From assembly GCA_951406725.2 (NCBI GenBank), contig OX597818.1, positions 138,756,001 through 138,820,000 of the forward strand: a stretch of 64,000 nucleotides of DNA, read 5' to 3'. Below the pieces are notes generated by a model. It made no database searches. It saw only the letters and a list, made by a program, of their open reading frames with translations, and had not been told where the DNA came from. This DNA comes from Octopus vulgaris (taxonomy: Eukaryota). The translations under genes and the position numbers were made by a program. Below are positions 13,399 to 28,824 of the stretch, one piece after another (the stretch's first letter is position 1; the number at the start of each line of letters is the position of its first letter).

Positions 13399-14984
13399 TG
13401 GTGTTGAGAGCTTACAGTATAGTTCGTCTGCTGCCCTGTTGTGATTGCTATTAGCCATATGGGTCATCTCTGACCAGTTGAACTAGGTATGCCCAGGCAA
13501 TGAACAAGGTTACGGTTTTATTGTAGTATTTTTAGGAGAAATAATTTTCTCTCGGATTTTGTTAATGATATTTTCCAAAAATATATAAAACATTTGTAAC
13601 TGAAAATATATTCACGGCACATTGTGTATCAAAAAGAATAATAATGTATAAAATGTCTCGTTTAAAAGAACTACTGAATTTTGTCTCTCTCTCTTACATT
13701 CTTTTTGTGTGTGTGTGTGTGTGTGTGTGTTTACACATGCACACACTTAACTATTTTAAATATTTGGGTAACTTACCTTTCAGAGACTATTGATAAAATA
13801 GACACCAATTCATATTCCAATTATGAATGGTTCGCCTTAGTTATGACATCATCATCATCATCATCATCATCATCATATTTAACATCCATCTTCCATGTTG
13901 GCATGGGTTAGTATATAAAAAAATGCTTGTTCCAAGAAAGTGAGATTGTAGCTTGATGACCAACATTCCTAGAGAGGTTAATAAAATACTGATCTGTTCT
14001 GCAAGATAAAGAGTTCAAATTCTGTCAAGTTCCAACTTTTCACTTTACTGGAATTATTGAAAGAAGTAGCAATAATGTATAAAGTGTTCATAGCTACATC
14101 AGATATTGCTCGTTGAAGTCATGGCTCGCTTCCAAGCAATCAATCAAACTACCTCTGATTTTACCTCACCAAAGCTGACACAAACTCCTTGACAACAACC
14201 AGTACAAAATGATATTGCTATTGAGCAGTCGAATTGTACCTAATTCATCTAGCTTAACATTGTTTTGCTTGTCAGCTAAGTTGTGCTGAAGACTTCTTAT
14301 GATTAAAGCATGTAGGGCAAACGTTCCAAATTCAATGATGTGGGGTTTTTTTTTTTGTTGTTTTTGCTATTGTTTCATAGCCTTGAATTGTTTATCAACA
14401 GGGTTTGTGCTGAAGGCTTCTTATGATTACAAAGCTCACAGAGCATACATTCCAAATCTAATCATGTGTTTTGTTGCTGTTATTTCCTAGTCCTTGAGTC
14501 AAACTCTCACACTCCAGTTACGAACTGTTACAATTACTAATATCATTAATTTCTGTCACAAAGTATGAAAATCATTTTTCCATTGTTTGGCACCGAGTCA
14601 ACTTCTGATTGGGTGGACTTATCATCACGAAGGCATTCCATTTGTAACCATGTTTCTCTTTACAAGTATCTAATTACATTATCCAATCATCGTCATCATT
14701 GTCATCATCATTGTAATCATCAGCATTGCCACCATTCTAATGTCCACTTTTCCATGCTTGCATGGGTCTGATAAAATTCATTGAGGTAGATTTTCTATGG
14801 CCACGTACCTTGATATTTGATGTTCTGAGTTCAAATGCCACCAAGGTTAACTTTGCCTTTCATCTGTTCGGGTTTGATAAAATAAGTACCAGTTGACTGC
14901 TGAATGTTGGGGATCAATCTATTCCCTTATCCCCTCCCCCAGAATTGCTGACCTTGTGCCAAAAATTGAAATCACTATATCTAT

Positions 14985-15233
14985 TGATTGGCATATTTCG
15001 GTCATATTATGTGGAGAAAATCCCTGGAGAAGGACATCATGCTCGGAATGGTCAGTGGCAAGAGAGGAAGAGGCCGACTAAGAACCCGCTGGCTTGACAC
15101 CATCAAGAGTGATACCGGAATGGACATAGCCAATCTGAAAGAAGCGGCCCAGGATAGAACTGACTGGAGGACACTGATCCAACGAGTGACCTAGAGTTGA
15201 CTTCGACTGAGCGGATAGATTGATAGATAGATT
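14985..15233 (+). mobile_element. RTE-clade (BovB-like) LINE 3' fragment
   Basis: ORF YFGHIMWRKSLEKDIMLGMVSGKRGRGRLRTRWLDTIK...AAQDRTDWR is the typical RTE C-terminus; followed by a short GATAGAT-repeat tail. Confidence 0.85.
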
Positions 15234-15340
15234 GAGGGATCTTGTACAGTCACAAAATTACATACTACCAAATAGCAGCTAAATCTCCTTCGAACCCCAC
15301 CCACTACAATCTTAAAATACAATAACACATTGGATAACAT

Positions 15341-15915
15341 CATCATCATCATTGTTCGACCGTGGTCGAGACAATGGAATTTACCATGCTACACCAGACT
15401 TCACGGTCCATCATGGCATTACGGAGGTCTTGTTGATGGATGCCTGTATCCCTGGAGATTACATCAGGGTAGGAGAGTGTGCGCCCTCTGGTATTGTGAG
15501 TAGATGGCTTCCAGAGGAGAAGAGTAGAAATTTCCTCTTTTCAGCTCTACAACAATGTCCAGCAAACTGGACTCTCCTACCTTTCACAAGAGATGACACA
15601 GGTGGTAGTTTCCCATATATTTGCATTTTGGTTGGATGGCGCTTCCACGAGAGATTTTGAGCTCTCATAAGGAGGCAAGTGTAGGTTCCATCCAACCGCC
15701 TCTCAAGCTTCTTTGATAACGTCCAGGTTTCTGAGCCATATAGTAGAATTGGTTCGACTGTGGCTTTGAAGATTTCAAGTTTGAAGCCTTTACTTAGATT
15801 TGATGACCAGATCTTATGCATGTCATTACAGGCTGACCAGGCCATACCCTTTCTAGTTAGAAAGTCTTTTCCAAATGATGATATGTATGACCCAAGATAT
15901 TTGTAATCAGAAACC
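15341..15915 (-). mobile_element. 5'-truncated RTE-type LINE with (ATG)n tail and 19-bp target-site duplication
   Basis: ORF with YKYLGS...LLYGSETWTL...RRVQFAGHC. Flanking direct repeats ATAACACATTGGATAACAT (15322-15340) and ATAACACACTGGACAACAT (15916-15934). Confidence 0.88.
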
Positions 15916-16327
15916 ATAACACACTGGACAACATACCTTGGGCTACATAAAAGTTATTTCATTTGATCAGGTATAACTTGCAACTAAACAACCACCAGTT
16001 GAACTCAGTCCTTATAAACTCCAGTTGTTCCCACATCCAATCAATCTTCTCTAATTGTTCTCCTTTCTTGTTAATGTCATTCATTTATTCCTCGCCCCTC
16101 TCCTATTCACGTTGTATTCCGCCCTCTTCAGCTCCTCCCAGTTGTTCCTTTCCTAATCTACTCTGATTACTTTTTTCTTCCGTTTTCTTCTTCACATTTT
16201 CCATCTCTCTGTCATTTTAGTCATCATTCTGCATTTTTTTTTTGTTGTTGTTGTTGTTTATTCAAGCAGATTGTTTTCTTATTTCATTCTTCATTTTCAC
16301 CCTGTTTTGTTTTTCACATCTACTACC

Positions 16328-16359
<32 letters not shown>

Positions 16360-16632
16360 CTACAACAGCAACAACTAGTGATAAGGTTCTTCTAGCTTGG
16401 TATTTTAGACTTATTAGAAATAATAGCAAAACATTCCTCAAAATCACACCATCTCTTCGGCAATAGAGAATAAATACATTGGACAGTAAACTCCCTGATA
16501 CACAAGGGAATTGGTTGGTCATGACTGGAATGCTTTTTATCATATATGTCTGCTTGACCAGTGTTGACCTGGGGCTAAACTACTACTTACTGCCCCTTAA
16601 AAGTCTGAAGTCACTGCCATGCAGCCTCCTCC

Positions 16633-16753
16633 TACTACTACTACTACTACTGCCACTGCCACCACCACCACCACCACCACCACCACCACCACCACCACCA
16701 CCACCACCACCACCACCACCACCACCACCACTACCACCACCACCACCACCACC

Positions 16754-16794
<41 letters not shown>

Positions 16795-16855
16795 AACCAC
16801 CACCACCACCACCACTACCACCACCACCACCACCACCACCACCACCACCACCACC

Positions 16856-16938
<83 letters not shown>

Positions 16939-16940
16939 CA
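16633..16940. repeat. Compound (ACT)n/(ACC)n microsatellite
   Basis: Direct reading; explains the poly-P/T/V ORFs. Confidence 0.95.
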
Positions 16941-17513
16941 GTCTTCAGTTATTTCTAGTAAAACCACAAATTTTAGCCCTTCTTTTACATTTCTTCTCTT
17001 TTTTTTCTTCTGTTCTTTCCATTTTCTTTCCCTTTCCTTTCAATTCCCAATTCTTGCAGTTATTCACCTCAGTATTATGTATCTCCTTCTCTCCTTCCTC
17101 TCACTCCCTCTCCTTCCCTCTCTTATTTTTTTTTCTTCTTCATTGCATGCATATGTCTATGTCTATGTCTGTGTATGATGTGTCTGTGAGAGAGAGAGAG
17201 ATCTATGATTCAGGCATGGCCTATAATTATTATTAATATTTGTAATAATCATGATTGTAACAATAATAATTATTATTATTTTAACTATTATATACTTAGA
17301 AGAATGAAATGGGGGGGAGGTAGAGAGAGACATGTTTGGAAATGTAGCCAGTTAAGTGTCGGAGGTGGGGGTGGGGGTGGGGGAAGAAAAGGAGAAGGAG
17401 GAGCTGGAAAAAAAAAAAAGAAGAGAAAGCATTTTAAAAGAGAAAAATAAAAATATAAAGTGAAATAAAAACAGGCTCCAAAAAATAGTAAATGTTACAC
17501 ACACACACACACA

Positions 17514-17560
<47 letters not shown>

Positions 17561-17581
17561 ACACACACACATACACACACA

Positions 17582-17613
<32 letters not shown>

Positions 17614-18581
17614 TATACTGTGGCTGTTGCTGCCGCTGTGGTTTGTGTTGGTGATGGTGTGTCAGTTTTGGATTGGCAGTGGTGTGAGATATGGGCGAGA
17701 TATGAGAAAGAAAAGGGGTCCAAAGATCAAGAAAATTTCCTTTGCAATGAATCATTCATGTCATATTTCCCTGACAGTATTGGAAAAGGGGCTCCGCTCC
17801 CCCCACCACTCTCTCTCTCTCTCTTTTCCCTCCTTCTGTCTGTCTGTCTGTATCTCTTGCTTACTCTGCCCCCCCTTGCATATCACCTCCACTCCACCCC
17901 CACCCCCACCCCCTCGGGTTGCCTTGCTTTTGCCCTAACCCATCCCTCTTCCTCCTCCTCCTCCTTCCATACGTTGCATATTCACATTTGGAGAGGTTCC
18001 CAGACAAATATTATTATTAACATGACCAAGATTAATAATGCTTCGTGGGATTTTGTTTGGGAGTGATGCTATGATTGTGGTTGGGGTGGGGTGGGGTGGG
18101 GTGGGGGTGGGGGGTAAATGGCGGGAGTGGTGGTGGTGGAGGTGGTGGTGGTGGTGGTGGTGGTGGTGGTTAGTGTGTGCAGGCATGTTAGAAGTAGCCT
18201 TGGTAATAATGGTGGCAGCGGTGGCGATGATGATGATGGCAATGATGATGATGATGATGATGATGATGTGGATGAGGAGGGGTTTAGTTGTATGTTCATA
18301 ATATTTTGGAGAAAAAATTTTTTTTTTTGCAGAATCCTCACCCCGACCACCACCACCACCACCACCACCACCTCCACTCTTGTATCATTTTGTTTAATTT
18401 AAAAAGAAAAAAAAAAATTTTTTTTCTTCTTCTTCTTGTTATTATTTTTGTATTCGTGTTTTGATAATTGCTGCTTCTGACTTGCGGTCTGAAATTGATG
18501 TGTTTGTTGTATATGCATGCATGTCTGAGACTGTATGTGGCAGTACTTGTGTATGTGTACGTGTGTGTGTGTTTGTGTGCA

Positions 18582-18621
<40 letters not shown>

Positions 18622-18794
18622 CAATGCATTTGTTGTTTTTATTGCTAAGTGAGACCGTATCAAAAATCATAATATTTTTTAGTGTCTTCATATGCAAACA
18701 TGCAACTTGTATATTATGTGTGTATAATTGCTGCTATTACTTGCGTGCATGTATGCTTTTGTTGATGGCTCATACATGCATCCTTTAGTGTTTA

Positions 18795-19690
<896 letters not shown>

Positions 19691-20207
19691 TATATATATA
19701 TATATATAACATGCACAAGAGCAAATTCAAAACAAACCATGGAAAAAAACACGTAAGCATGTTTGTGTGTGTGTGTGTAGATACACGCACACGTGTGTTC
19801 ATGCGTGCATCTTCATAAGCGTGTGTGTGTGTGTGTAGGTATGTGTGCCTACTTGTTGCTATTGATTGCTTCTCCTTTAGTATGTATGTTTGTTTGCCTA
19901 GTCTATGTGTTTGTCTATGCAGTTTTAGGGATAGGATGTGTGTGTGTGTGTGTGTGTACTGTTTGTTATCAACCCCAGGTCATTTCTGGTGTATTTTCAT
20001 TATATATATTCACTGTCTGTGTACTATGTTTTTTCCATATTCCTAGTGGTGGTGGTGATGGTATTTTTTTATAGTTTTTTTTATTTTCTAAGTCTGTTGT
20101 ACCTCTGATTTTGTATGTGTTTGCGAGTATCTAAATGGTATGAGTTATTGAGTACCTGTATGTGTTGTGACTATTTCTGTGAGTAATTTCCCTCTCTCTT
20201 GCTCTCT

Positions 20208-20434
20208 CACACACACACACACACACAATCACACACACATTCACACTGACACACACACACACACACACACACATCTACACATCCACACACATCCACACAC
20301 ACACACACACATACAATCACACACACAGACACACACAATCACACACACACACATCTACACATCCACACACACACACAATCACACACATACAATCACACAC
20401 AATCACACACATATTCACACACACACAGACACAG

Positions 20435-20480
<46 letters not shown>

Positions 20481-20563
20481 ACACACATACTCACACACAC
20501 ACACACACACACACACAATCACACACACATTCACACTGACACACACTGACACACACACACACT

Positions 20564-20603
<40 letters not shown>
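20208..20603. repeat. Imperfect (CA)n tract
   Basis: Direct reading. Confidence 0.9.
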
Positions 20604-20605
<2 letters not shown>

Positions 20606-21180
20606 ATGGATTAATTTCTATTTTTTTCCTAATTTGAAGTTCCTTATCATTTGGTTCATTTATAGCCTTTAAATACTTTTATTTTATTTTTATTTTTATT
20701 TTTATTTTTTTTTCCATATTATTCTCATCTCTTGCCAACTGCATGTCTGTCTGTCCGTCCGTTACTCTGTCTGTCTGTCTGTCGAAAAGTTTGTTTGAGC
20801 TTTGGTATGTTGACAGGAATATCGGTTATAACTAAGCTATTTGGAAGTCATCAGCTAACTATTATATTTCACATAGCCGTACATATTCGCCCCACCCTTA
20901 ACCTGTTTGTGTGTGTGTGTGTGTGTGTTAGTGTACTTGTGTGCACATGTAGAATGCATATGTACATGGACACGAGAGTAGAAATTGAGGGAGAGGAAGA
21001 GATGAGATACATTTAAAAAAAAAAAATGGTTAATGGTCCCAAACTGCGATAGTTACAGCTCGGAGAGATATAATGTTGCTTTTATTTGTGTAATGTGAGT
21101 GTATGTATACACGTTATGTACATGTGTTTATATATGTATATACATGTTCATATATGTATTTTATCTAATATATATATATG

Positions 21181-21251
<71 letters not shown>

Positions 21252-21316
21252 ATATATATATATATGTGTGTATATATATATATGTGTATATATATATATG
21301 TGTGTGTATATATATA

Positions 21317-21348
<32 letters not shown>

Positions 21349-22501
21349 CATGCACATATATATACATGTACACATGTGTACGTATATGTATACACATACA
21401 TGTGTAAGCATTATGATTATATAAACACTTGTGTCTACAAACATCTGCATGCACATACATTTATATATGTATATATATATATATATATATACACATACAC
21501 ATATAGATATATCTTCTCATACATGTATGTTTACCTGTGTGTATGATCTGTGTTTGTGTATGTTATGTTTTCAGTCTTTTTTTTTTATCCTTTTCTCCTT
21601 ATCTTATTTCTATTTTGGATTTTATTATTATTCATTCATTCTGTACCATTTGAAAACAACAGAAAATGAAAAACATCCTAAAATTCTTCATGAAAAGAAC
21701 ATTCCCTTAATGAGCGATGTTTCTTATACTATGGACCACTTTCTATTTCCCCTATTAGCTATCACTGATCCTATTTATGCCTTCTGAGAATGAATTCTTT
21801 TAATTAGTTGTGACTAACCAAACTGTTTTTTTCCCCTCCTAATTGGTGCTATATTGATGTTACTTTGTTAATGTTTTCTGTCATTAGCTGTTGTTGATGT
21901 TACTCCTGAATGAGTATTATTTCTTATAATGAGTTAGAACTGATTCATCTCTTTAAATGTGTAATTGGACAAGTCATTTATAAGTTATACTTTCTACTTT
22001 GTGGTTATCATTAACGTTATGTAATGCGTATCGTATCTTTGATTTCTTAAGGAATATCATCTCTCATTCTCGTTCATACTCAGGTGTATGTTGCTTTAAT
22101 TTAGAGCTGCTTCTGTCCTAATTAGTAATAGGCTAAAAGTGGTACTCTTCTTACAGGTATAAGCAGGATAAATGTTGCTCACAATTAAATTCACACACAC
22201 ATGCATACACAAACACATATACTCGCATAAACGCACATGCATACGCACCTAAATCAGCTTTCCATGTTCATGTGGGTTAAATGGATTGCCACTGTCTGTC
22301 TGACTCAGTTCTTATTCAGAGTTCCTGCTCTTTTAGATGAGTTAGTGGCCTGTGTCTCACTGTTTCATTCCATTTTAGCATGGCTTCTATAGCTGGATAC
22401 TCTTCCTAATAATGCCAATCACTTCATAGAGGCAACTAAATGTAATTTATCATAGCACCAGCATTAGAGAGCTTACCTTGTCCCCTGCAAGACTAGAAAG
22501 T

Positions 22502-22885
22502 TTTCTACTCCTTTTATTCTTGTATTTGTTTCAGTCATTTCATTGTGGCTATGCTGGAGCACTGCATTGAAGAGTTGGACAAATCAACCACAGAACTTAT
22601 TTTGATTTTTAAAGCCTAGTACTTATTCTATCAGTCTCTTTTTGCTGAACTGCTAAGTTACAAGGACTTATACACACCAATACCAGTTGTCAAGCAGTAA
22701 TTGGGGCACCAAACACAGTCATAAAGACATGCATACATAGATATATACATACATATACGACGGGCTTCTTTCAGTTTCCATCTACCAAATCCACTTGCAG
22801 CTATAGTAAAAGACACTTGTCACACAGTGGGATTGAACTTGGAGCCATGTAGCTGGGAAGCAAGCTTATTACCACACCTGTGCTT
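22502..22885 (-). mobile_element. SINE family A, older diverged copy
   Basis: Collinear with family A throughout, with many substitutions. Confidence 0.75.
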
Positions 22886-24648
22886 ATGTTGCATTTGTTG
22901 AAGGAAACAACTGAGTGGCGGGGTCAATAGAAGAAAGAGAGAGAGAGAGAGAGAGTAATGACTCAAGAAGAGAGTATGAGTGTGAGGGGAAAAAATGAGT
23001 GATAGGAAGGAGTAATGGAAAAGAGACAGTAAAAGGCAGCTCCGTGGCTGACCAATTACTAAAGTTATTAATTCATAGTCTTGTTAATAATGTTGCTAGA
23101 CTTCGTAACCAAAAAAAAAAAAAAAAAAAAAAGAAGAAACACTTCTATTTAGTCACTCTGCTTGATAGAAATTGCAACCAAGTTTCCCACAGATCATTTA
23201 TTGCCATTCTATATGATGGGATGGCCATGGTTACAATGTCTTAGATCATATGTCCATTTGCTTAGGGCTAACCAGATATATGCTCAAAAGATATATGTAC
23301 AGCTTCTGTTGTACATTCAAGGAGCAACTTGAAAGATATGATTTGTCACTTGAGTCACTTGAAAGATATGATTTGTTTAAACTTTGAAAGATCTGTCACA
23401 GTTGTTAGTATTAGAGTAACAGGTAAAAATGTCTTGTGGTTTTTTAGTTACATTACTTTTACTTCCTGATTTCTAATTTCACTCGAGTCAACTTCGTCTT
23501 TCATCCCTCAAAGATTTATAAATAGCAGTGAAGTACTGGAGTTGATCTCATAGACAGGTTTTTCTTTTGAAAAATGGGTGGCCTTGTGGTCTATATTAGA
23601 AACACTTACTTAAACATTTAGCTCTCTCACACACTTCTTAATGATCCAAAGCTGTTCATGATTTTGAAGTTTATTATACTGGGTTAAATTAGGACAGATG
23701 AAACTTAAGTTTTGACTCATTGAAATTGTAGGATATCTTAGAGACTGGGTTAAAAGGGACTCTACAATAGCCTTATCATCGTTTGTTGCTGTCATCATCA
23801 TCACAAACAATAACAACAACAGTACTAACCAAAAAGGGGCTCTATGTGGTTGCTTGACCTGTTAGTAATAGCAGCTGAATCTCTTCCACTTTGCACCTTG
23901 CTCTCTTAAAGAAAGACAATTTTTTTAAAAAAGGGTATTGTGTTCCTGAAATATAGGATTAAGGATGGTCATAGTTGGAATGTCTTTGATCATAAATCTG
24001 ACCCGGGGGATAAAGAATGACAACAATAACAAAAACACAAAAAAACTTGTGGCACTTCAAAAATGAAATTAAAGAGAAAGGATAATGGATTATATATAGA
24101 TAAAAATTACATTATTTTTATATGTCTATGTTCTATAAATACTTCACCTTCATCTTGGCTTTGAGTTATGATTCAGAATATATCTTGAACATGATATAAT
24201 GTATGATGTGTGAAGATGACATTGGATAGACAACCTGAAGTATGTTCACTGTGTTGTCATTGATTGAACATAAAAATAAAAATGGAAGCATTTCCTAGCA
24301 ATACAAAGTATATAAAGTGTTAACATATTTGATGTTTTGATTACATGAAACATAAAAAAATTATTAGAAAGAGTTATGCAGTGGTCAATGTTTAATATGT
24401 TAATTATTTCAGCAAATGTAGGAAATATATCATACACCTTTTTTGCCTAATTATCCCTCCTTAGTAAACCATATACTTAGCTATACTTTCTGAACTAGGG
24501 ATGAAGTAACCATCATATAAATGTATTTATATTGTACAGGAGGAGGCATGGAAATTAACACTTTTTGAGAATAAAGTGTACTTACTATGCATGTAGTATT
24601 TGAGTAATTTATAGTGTGAAATACGTATATTGGAATGTTAGAGGACAT

Positions 24649-24859
24649 TACTCTTTTACTTGTTTCAGTCATTTGACTGCGGCCATGCTGGAGCACCACC
24701 TTTAGTCGAGCAAATCGACACCGGGACTTATTCTTTGTAAGCCCAGTACTTATTCTATCGGTCTCTTTTGCCGAACCGCTAAGTGACGGGGACGTAAACA
24801 CACCAGCATCGGTTGTCAAGCAATGCTAGAGGGACAAACACAGACACACAAACATATAC

Positions 24860-24926
<67 letters not shown>

Positions 24927-25091
24927 TACGACAGGCTTCTTTCAGTTTCTGTCTACCAAATCCACTCACAAGGCTCTGGTCGGCCCGAGGCTATAACAGA
25001 AGACACTTGCCCAAGATGCCACGCAGTGGACTGAACCTGGAACCATGTGGTCGGTTAGCAAGCTACTTACCACACAGCCACTCCTGCGCCT
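24649..25091 (-). mobile_element. SINE family A, full length
   Basis: Near-identical to 37789-38216. Confidence 0.9.
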
Positions 25092-25960
25092 TTGAAATTT
25101 TTTAATAAATATTTGTGGATTGCAATATTGTTTTGTGTTGGTGTATGTTATCTAAAAGATATGGCACAAAATTAAATAGCATGAGATTATAATGGCAAAA
25201 AAGGTTTTGTTAATTGTTACCCCTTTATGATCAGAGAACTTAGTTTCTGCATTGATTGGCTAGAAATGGGAGGCCACACTTCCCTCTCTGTTCACATATC
25301 CTGTTGTCTTAGAAATAAATGACATATCTGGATGTGTGTGGAGAGAGAGGAGGGAAGGAGAGATATAGTTACAGATGGGATACTTTTGAGTGTAAAGTCT
25401 GCTGGATCAGGACTTACTTGGAGACTAAAAAGCAATTTTGGATTCATCATATATATTTTTTTGTATTTTATTATCCATTAATTAATTCCTCACCATTAGC
25501 TGTTACTCTGATATATCATCTTTCTTAACAAAGCACCATCATTATCAGTCTTATTAGCATTCTTCTTATAATTACCTATACAGACCCTTTATCAGCATCT
25601 CACAATCATCATGCCACAACTGATAACATCTCACTCAATGTTCTTATACAAACACTCTAATGGTTAACCTTCGCACAACTGGCATCTTGCTTCATAATTA
25701 TTAACTTCGTTACAGTTGCTTTCATGATTTTTGACTAACCTCATTAACTCCATTAACATTGTATCCACCATGTCCTCCACCGTGCCCTGCACCATGGCAA
25801 TAACGAGCTCCAATCTTTGGCTCGGGTAATCTTAGTTACCTCCTTCTAATATATTCATGCATTTATTGATAAGTGCATATATTTTATATGCTAATGATCT
25901 ATAAGTGTGCGTGTGCACGTGCACACACACAGACACACACGCATGTACATGCACATATAT

Positions 25961-26181
25961 ATATTTCTTTACTACCCACAAGGGGCTAAACACAGAGGGG
26001 ACAAACGGATTAGGTCGATTACATCGACCCCAGTGCGAAACTGGTACTTTATTTATCGACCCCGAAAGGATGAAAGGCAAAGTCGACCTCGGCGGAATTT
26101 GAACTCAGAACGTAACGGCAGACGAAATACGGCTATGCATTTCACCCGGCGTGCTAACGTTTCTGCCAGCTCGCCGCCTTT
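25961..26181 (-). mobile_element. SINE family B, full length
   Basis: Minus-strand head GGCGGCGAGCTGGCAGAAACG...GAGTTCAAATTCC, body GGTCGACTTTGCCTTTCATCCTTTCGGGGTCGATAAA, end GTAGTAAAGAAATA. Confidence 0.85.
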
Positions 26182-26466
26182 AATGCACATATATAAACAC
26201 ATATATAAACACACACATATATGTATGAATGTGACCATACATTTACATGTCTATCTCATTTTCTCCCTCTCTCCTCTCTTTCTTCCTCCTCTTCTTCTCT
26301 CCCCCAGATCTATCATCACTATGTATAAATGTGTATATGAACAAGCGTGTGCATGCTTGTATTGTGCGCGTGTGTGTGTGTGTGTGTGTGTGTGAGTGTG
26401 TATATACATATTTGTAATCATATTTGTAAGTAGTGATTTTTTTTCTTGGTGCACATTTATGTATTT

Positions 26467-26505
<39 letters not shown>

Positions 26506-26954
26506 GTATCTGTATGTATGCATGTATGTATGTATGTATTTGTAAAAGTATTTATATTTTATAATTGAAAAGCCATCAATATTTTGTCAGATTTTCCTGA
26601 ATCATTGGTGGAAAAAAAAAAAAAAAAGGCTAAAAGAATTTACTCATAAATGAAATTTATTTATTCTTTTGCTTTCTTTCCTTTTCTTCCCATGTTTCCT
26701 GTATTTATATATTTTAAGAAATAAGTTATCAGTCATCTTAAACTCTGAATGTCTGTCAATTTAGCACCTCATCTTCTTTCATTGGCCAAACTTCCACAAC
26801 TTCTCCAAATATTGACATATTCAACCTTTGCCCCAACCCAAACCTAATTTAATTTCAGTGCTATTTGCCACTTGAATTGACTCAAGAAAGAGAAATATTT
26901 AAGTTAATTTTTGTTTTCATATTTTCGGGTATTTTATAAATTAATAATGAACCA

Positions 26955-26988
<34 letters not shown>

Positions 26989-27262
26989 TTTCATTCTTTT
27001 ATTTGTTTCATTTATTTGACTGCAGCCATGCTGGAGCACTTGTCTTAAAAGGTTTTAGTTAAAAAATTTATTTACCCCACTACTTACTCTTTGTAAGCCT
27101 AGTACTTATTTTAATGTTCTCTTTTGCTGAACTGCAAAGTTATGGGAGCATAAGCTCACCAACCTTGGTTGTCAAACTAATAACATCTTTTTTGATGGTG
27201 TTGCTCCTTTACAATCATCATATGATATCAAGATAAAGGGGGATACAAACAGCAACATACAC

Positions 27263-27296
<34 letters not shown>

Positions 27297-27330
27297 CATG
27301 TATATACACACATACACACACACATATATA

Positions 27331-27537
27331 GTAAATCCCCCAAAAAAGAACAAGCATAAAAAAACACAACAATGCATGGGCGTGATACATGTAAAGTATT
27401 AGTAGACAATCAAGGAAGGAAAGAAAGATGGTTTAATGTTTCGAGCAGGACACTCTTCTTCGGAAATAGAGGAGAGTCCAGTAGAAGGGAAGACAGAGGA
27501 AGAAAATTGCCAACAGTTCACACGTGGTTACATTTTG
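27331..27537 (-). mobile_element. HHR family 3 element between TA/CA microsatellites
   Basis: 27432-27466 on the minus strand reads TTT-CCGAAGA-A-GAGT(GTCCT)GCTC-GAAAC-ATT^-AAA, a degenerate minimal hammerhead. Confidence 0.5.
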
Positions 27538-27921
27538 ATATATATATATACACATATATAGTATAGCACTCAAAACAAATATAGAGGAGATTTAAAACCA
27601 ATTACCAGCCACTGATTCTTATAGCAAGAACCTTGGAGAACTTCCAGGTGTAGAAACAAGACTTCAGAGTAACTAAACTTAGCAAAGATTAACATTTTGC
27701 TTAGAAAGTTTTTGTAAGTATGAAAGAAGGCCGGACCTTGATGTCACTAGGATGTCAATATGCAGAAAAGATGCTCAGCTCAATATGCAGAAAACTAGTT
27801 GGTAGAAATTCCATGCAGTGAATTATGTTTTATTTTATACTATCACATGTCTCAGGCTAAGATCATAATTGGATTAGAACTGATTTGCACTACTCATTGT
27901 TGTGAAGTTCATGGTTTAGTT

Positions 27922-28168
27922 CAATGGTTCTCAACCGGGGTCCACATGGCCCTTAGGGGTCCACATGGCCCTTAGGGGCCCATATAAGAATCTGTTGTTA
28001 AAATTTATCAATAAATTGGCTATACTTGTAAAGTACACAAAATTTTTTAATGATTACTTTTATACAGTTTCTAATAATATCTAATTATAAAATTCTAATA
28101 GGACTTTTTTTAACATTGAATGACTAGGAGGGTCCATCTTAGTTAAATAGGAATCAAATGGGTCCATA
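27922..28168. mobile_element. hAT-type MITE, truncated by a SINE-A fragment (28168-28380)
   Basis: Starts CAATGGTTCTCAACCGGGG; body homologous to 59066-59318; internal 20-bp tandem duplication GGGGTCCACATGGCCCTTAG. Confidence 0.7.
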
Positions 28169-28784
28169 TTCTTTTACATTTTTTTTTTTACTTGTTTCAG
28201 TCATTTAGCTGTGGCCATGCTGGAGCACTGCCTTTAATCAAAGAAATTGACTCCAGGACTTTGTAAGCCTAGTACTTATTCTGTCAGTCTCTTTTGCCAA
28301 ACCACTGAGTTTTGGGGATGTAAACACACTAATATCGGTTGTGAAGCAAAAACACACACACAAATATAACATATATATAAATAAGCATAAGATCGTTCAA
28401 TCATATGCCTCAATAGGTTTTCGCAAGCAAAGTTCATTGTTCAATGAATGAGGAGTATATATAAATGGGCTCATTATACCCACTGGCATAGGCCATGAGC
28501 TATGGTCCCACTTGGCTTCTTGGGTCTTCTCAAGCACAGCATATCTCCAAAGGTCCCATGTGTGTGTATATGTGTGTGTGCGCGTGTGTGTATATTGCTA
28601 CGATGATCCGGTTCTTGACTGAAGATTGAGGGCTTCGAATGTCCCGTCCGTGTTTTTTGTATCGTCTTCTAAGTGTTTTGCGTTCTTTTCCCAGTTTGTA
28701 TTTTTCTACATATAATAATAATAATAATAATATATATATATATATGTGTGTGTATATGTATGTACATATGTGTGTGTATATGTT

Positions 28785-28824
<40 letters not shown>

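Noticed and set aside
20795-20842. miRNA-like hairpin (CTTTGGTAT...ATAACTAAGCT)
   Set aside because: The stem is short and mismatched, and the resemblance to miR-9/79 is only a few bases.
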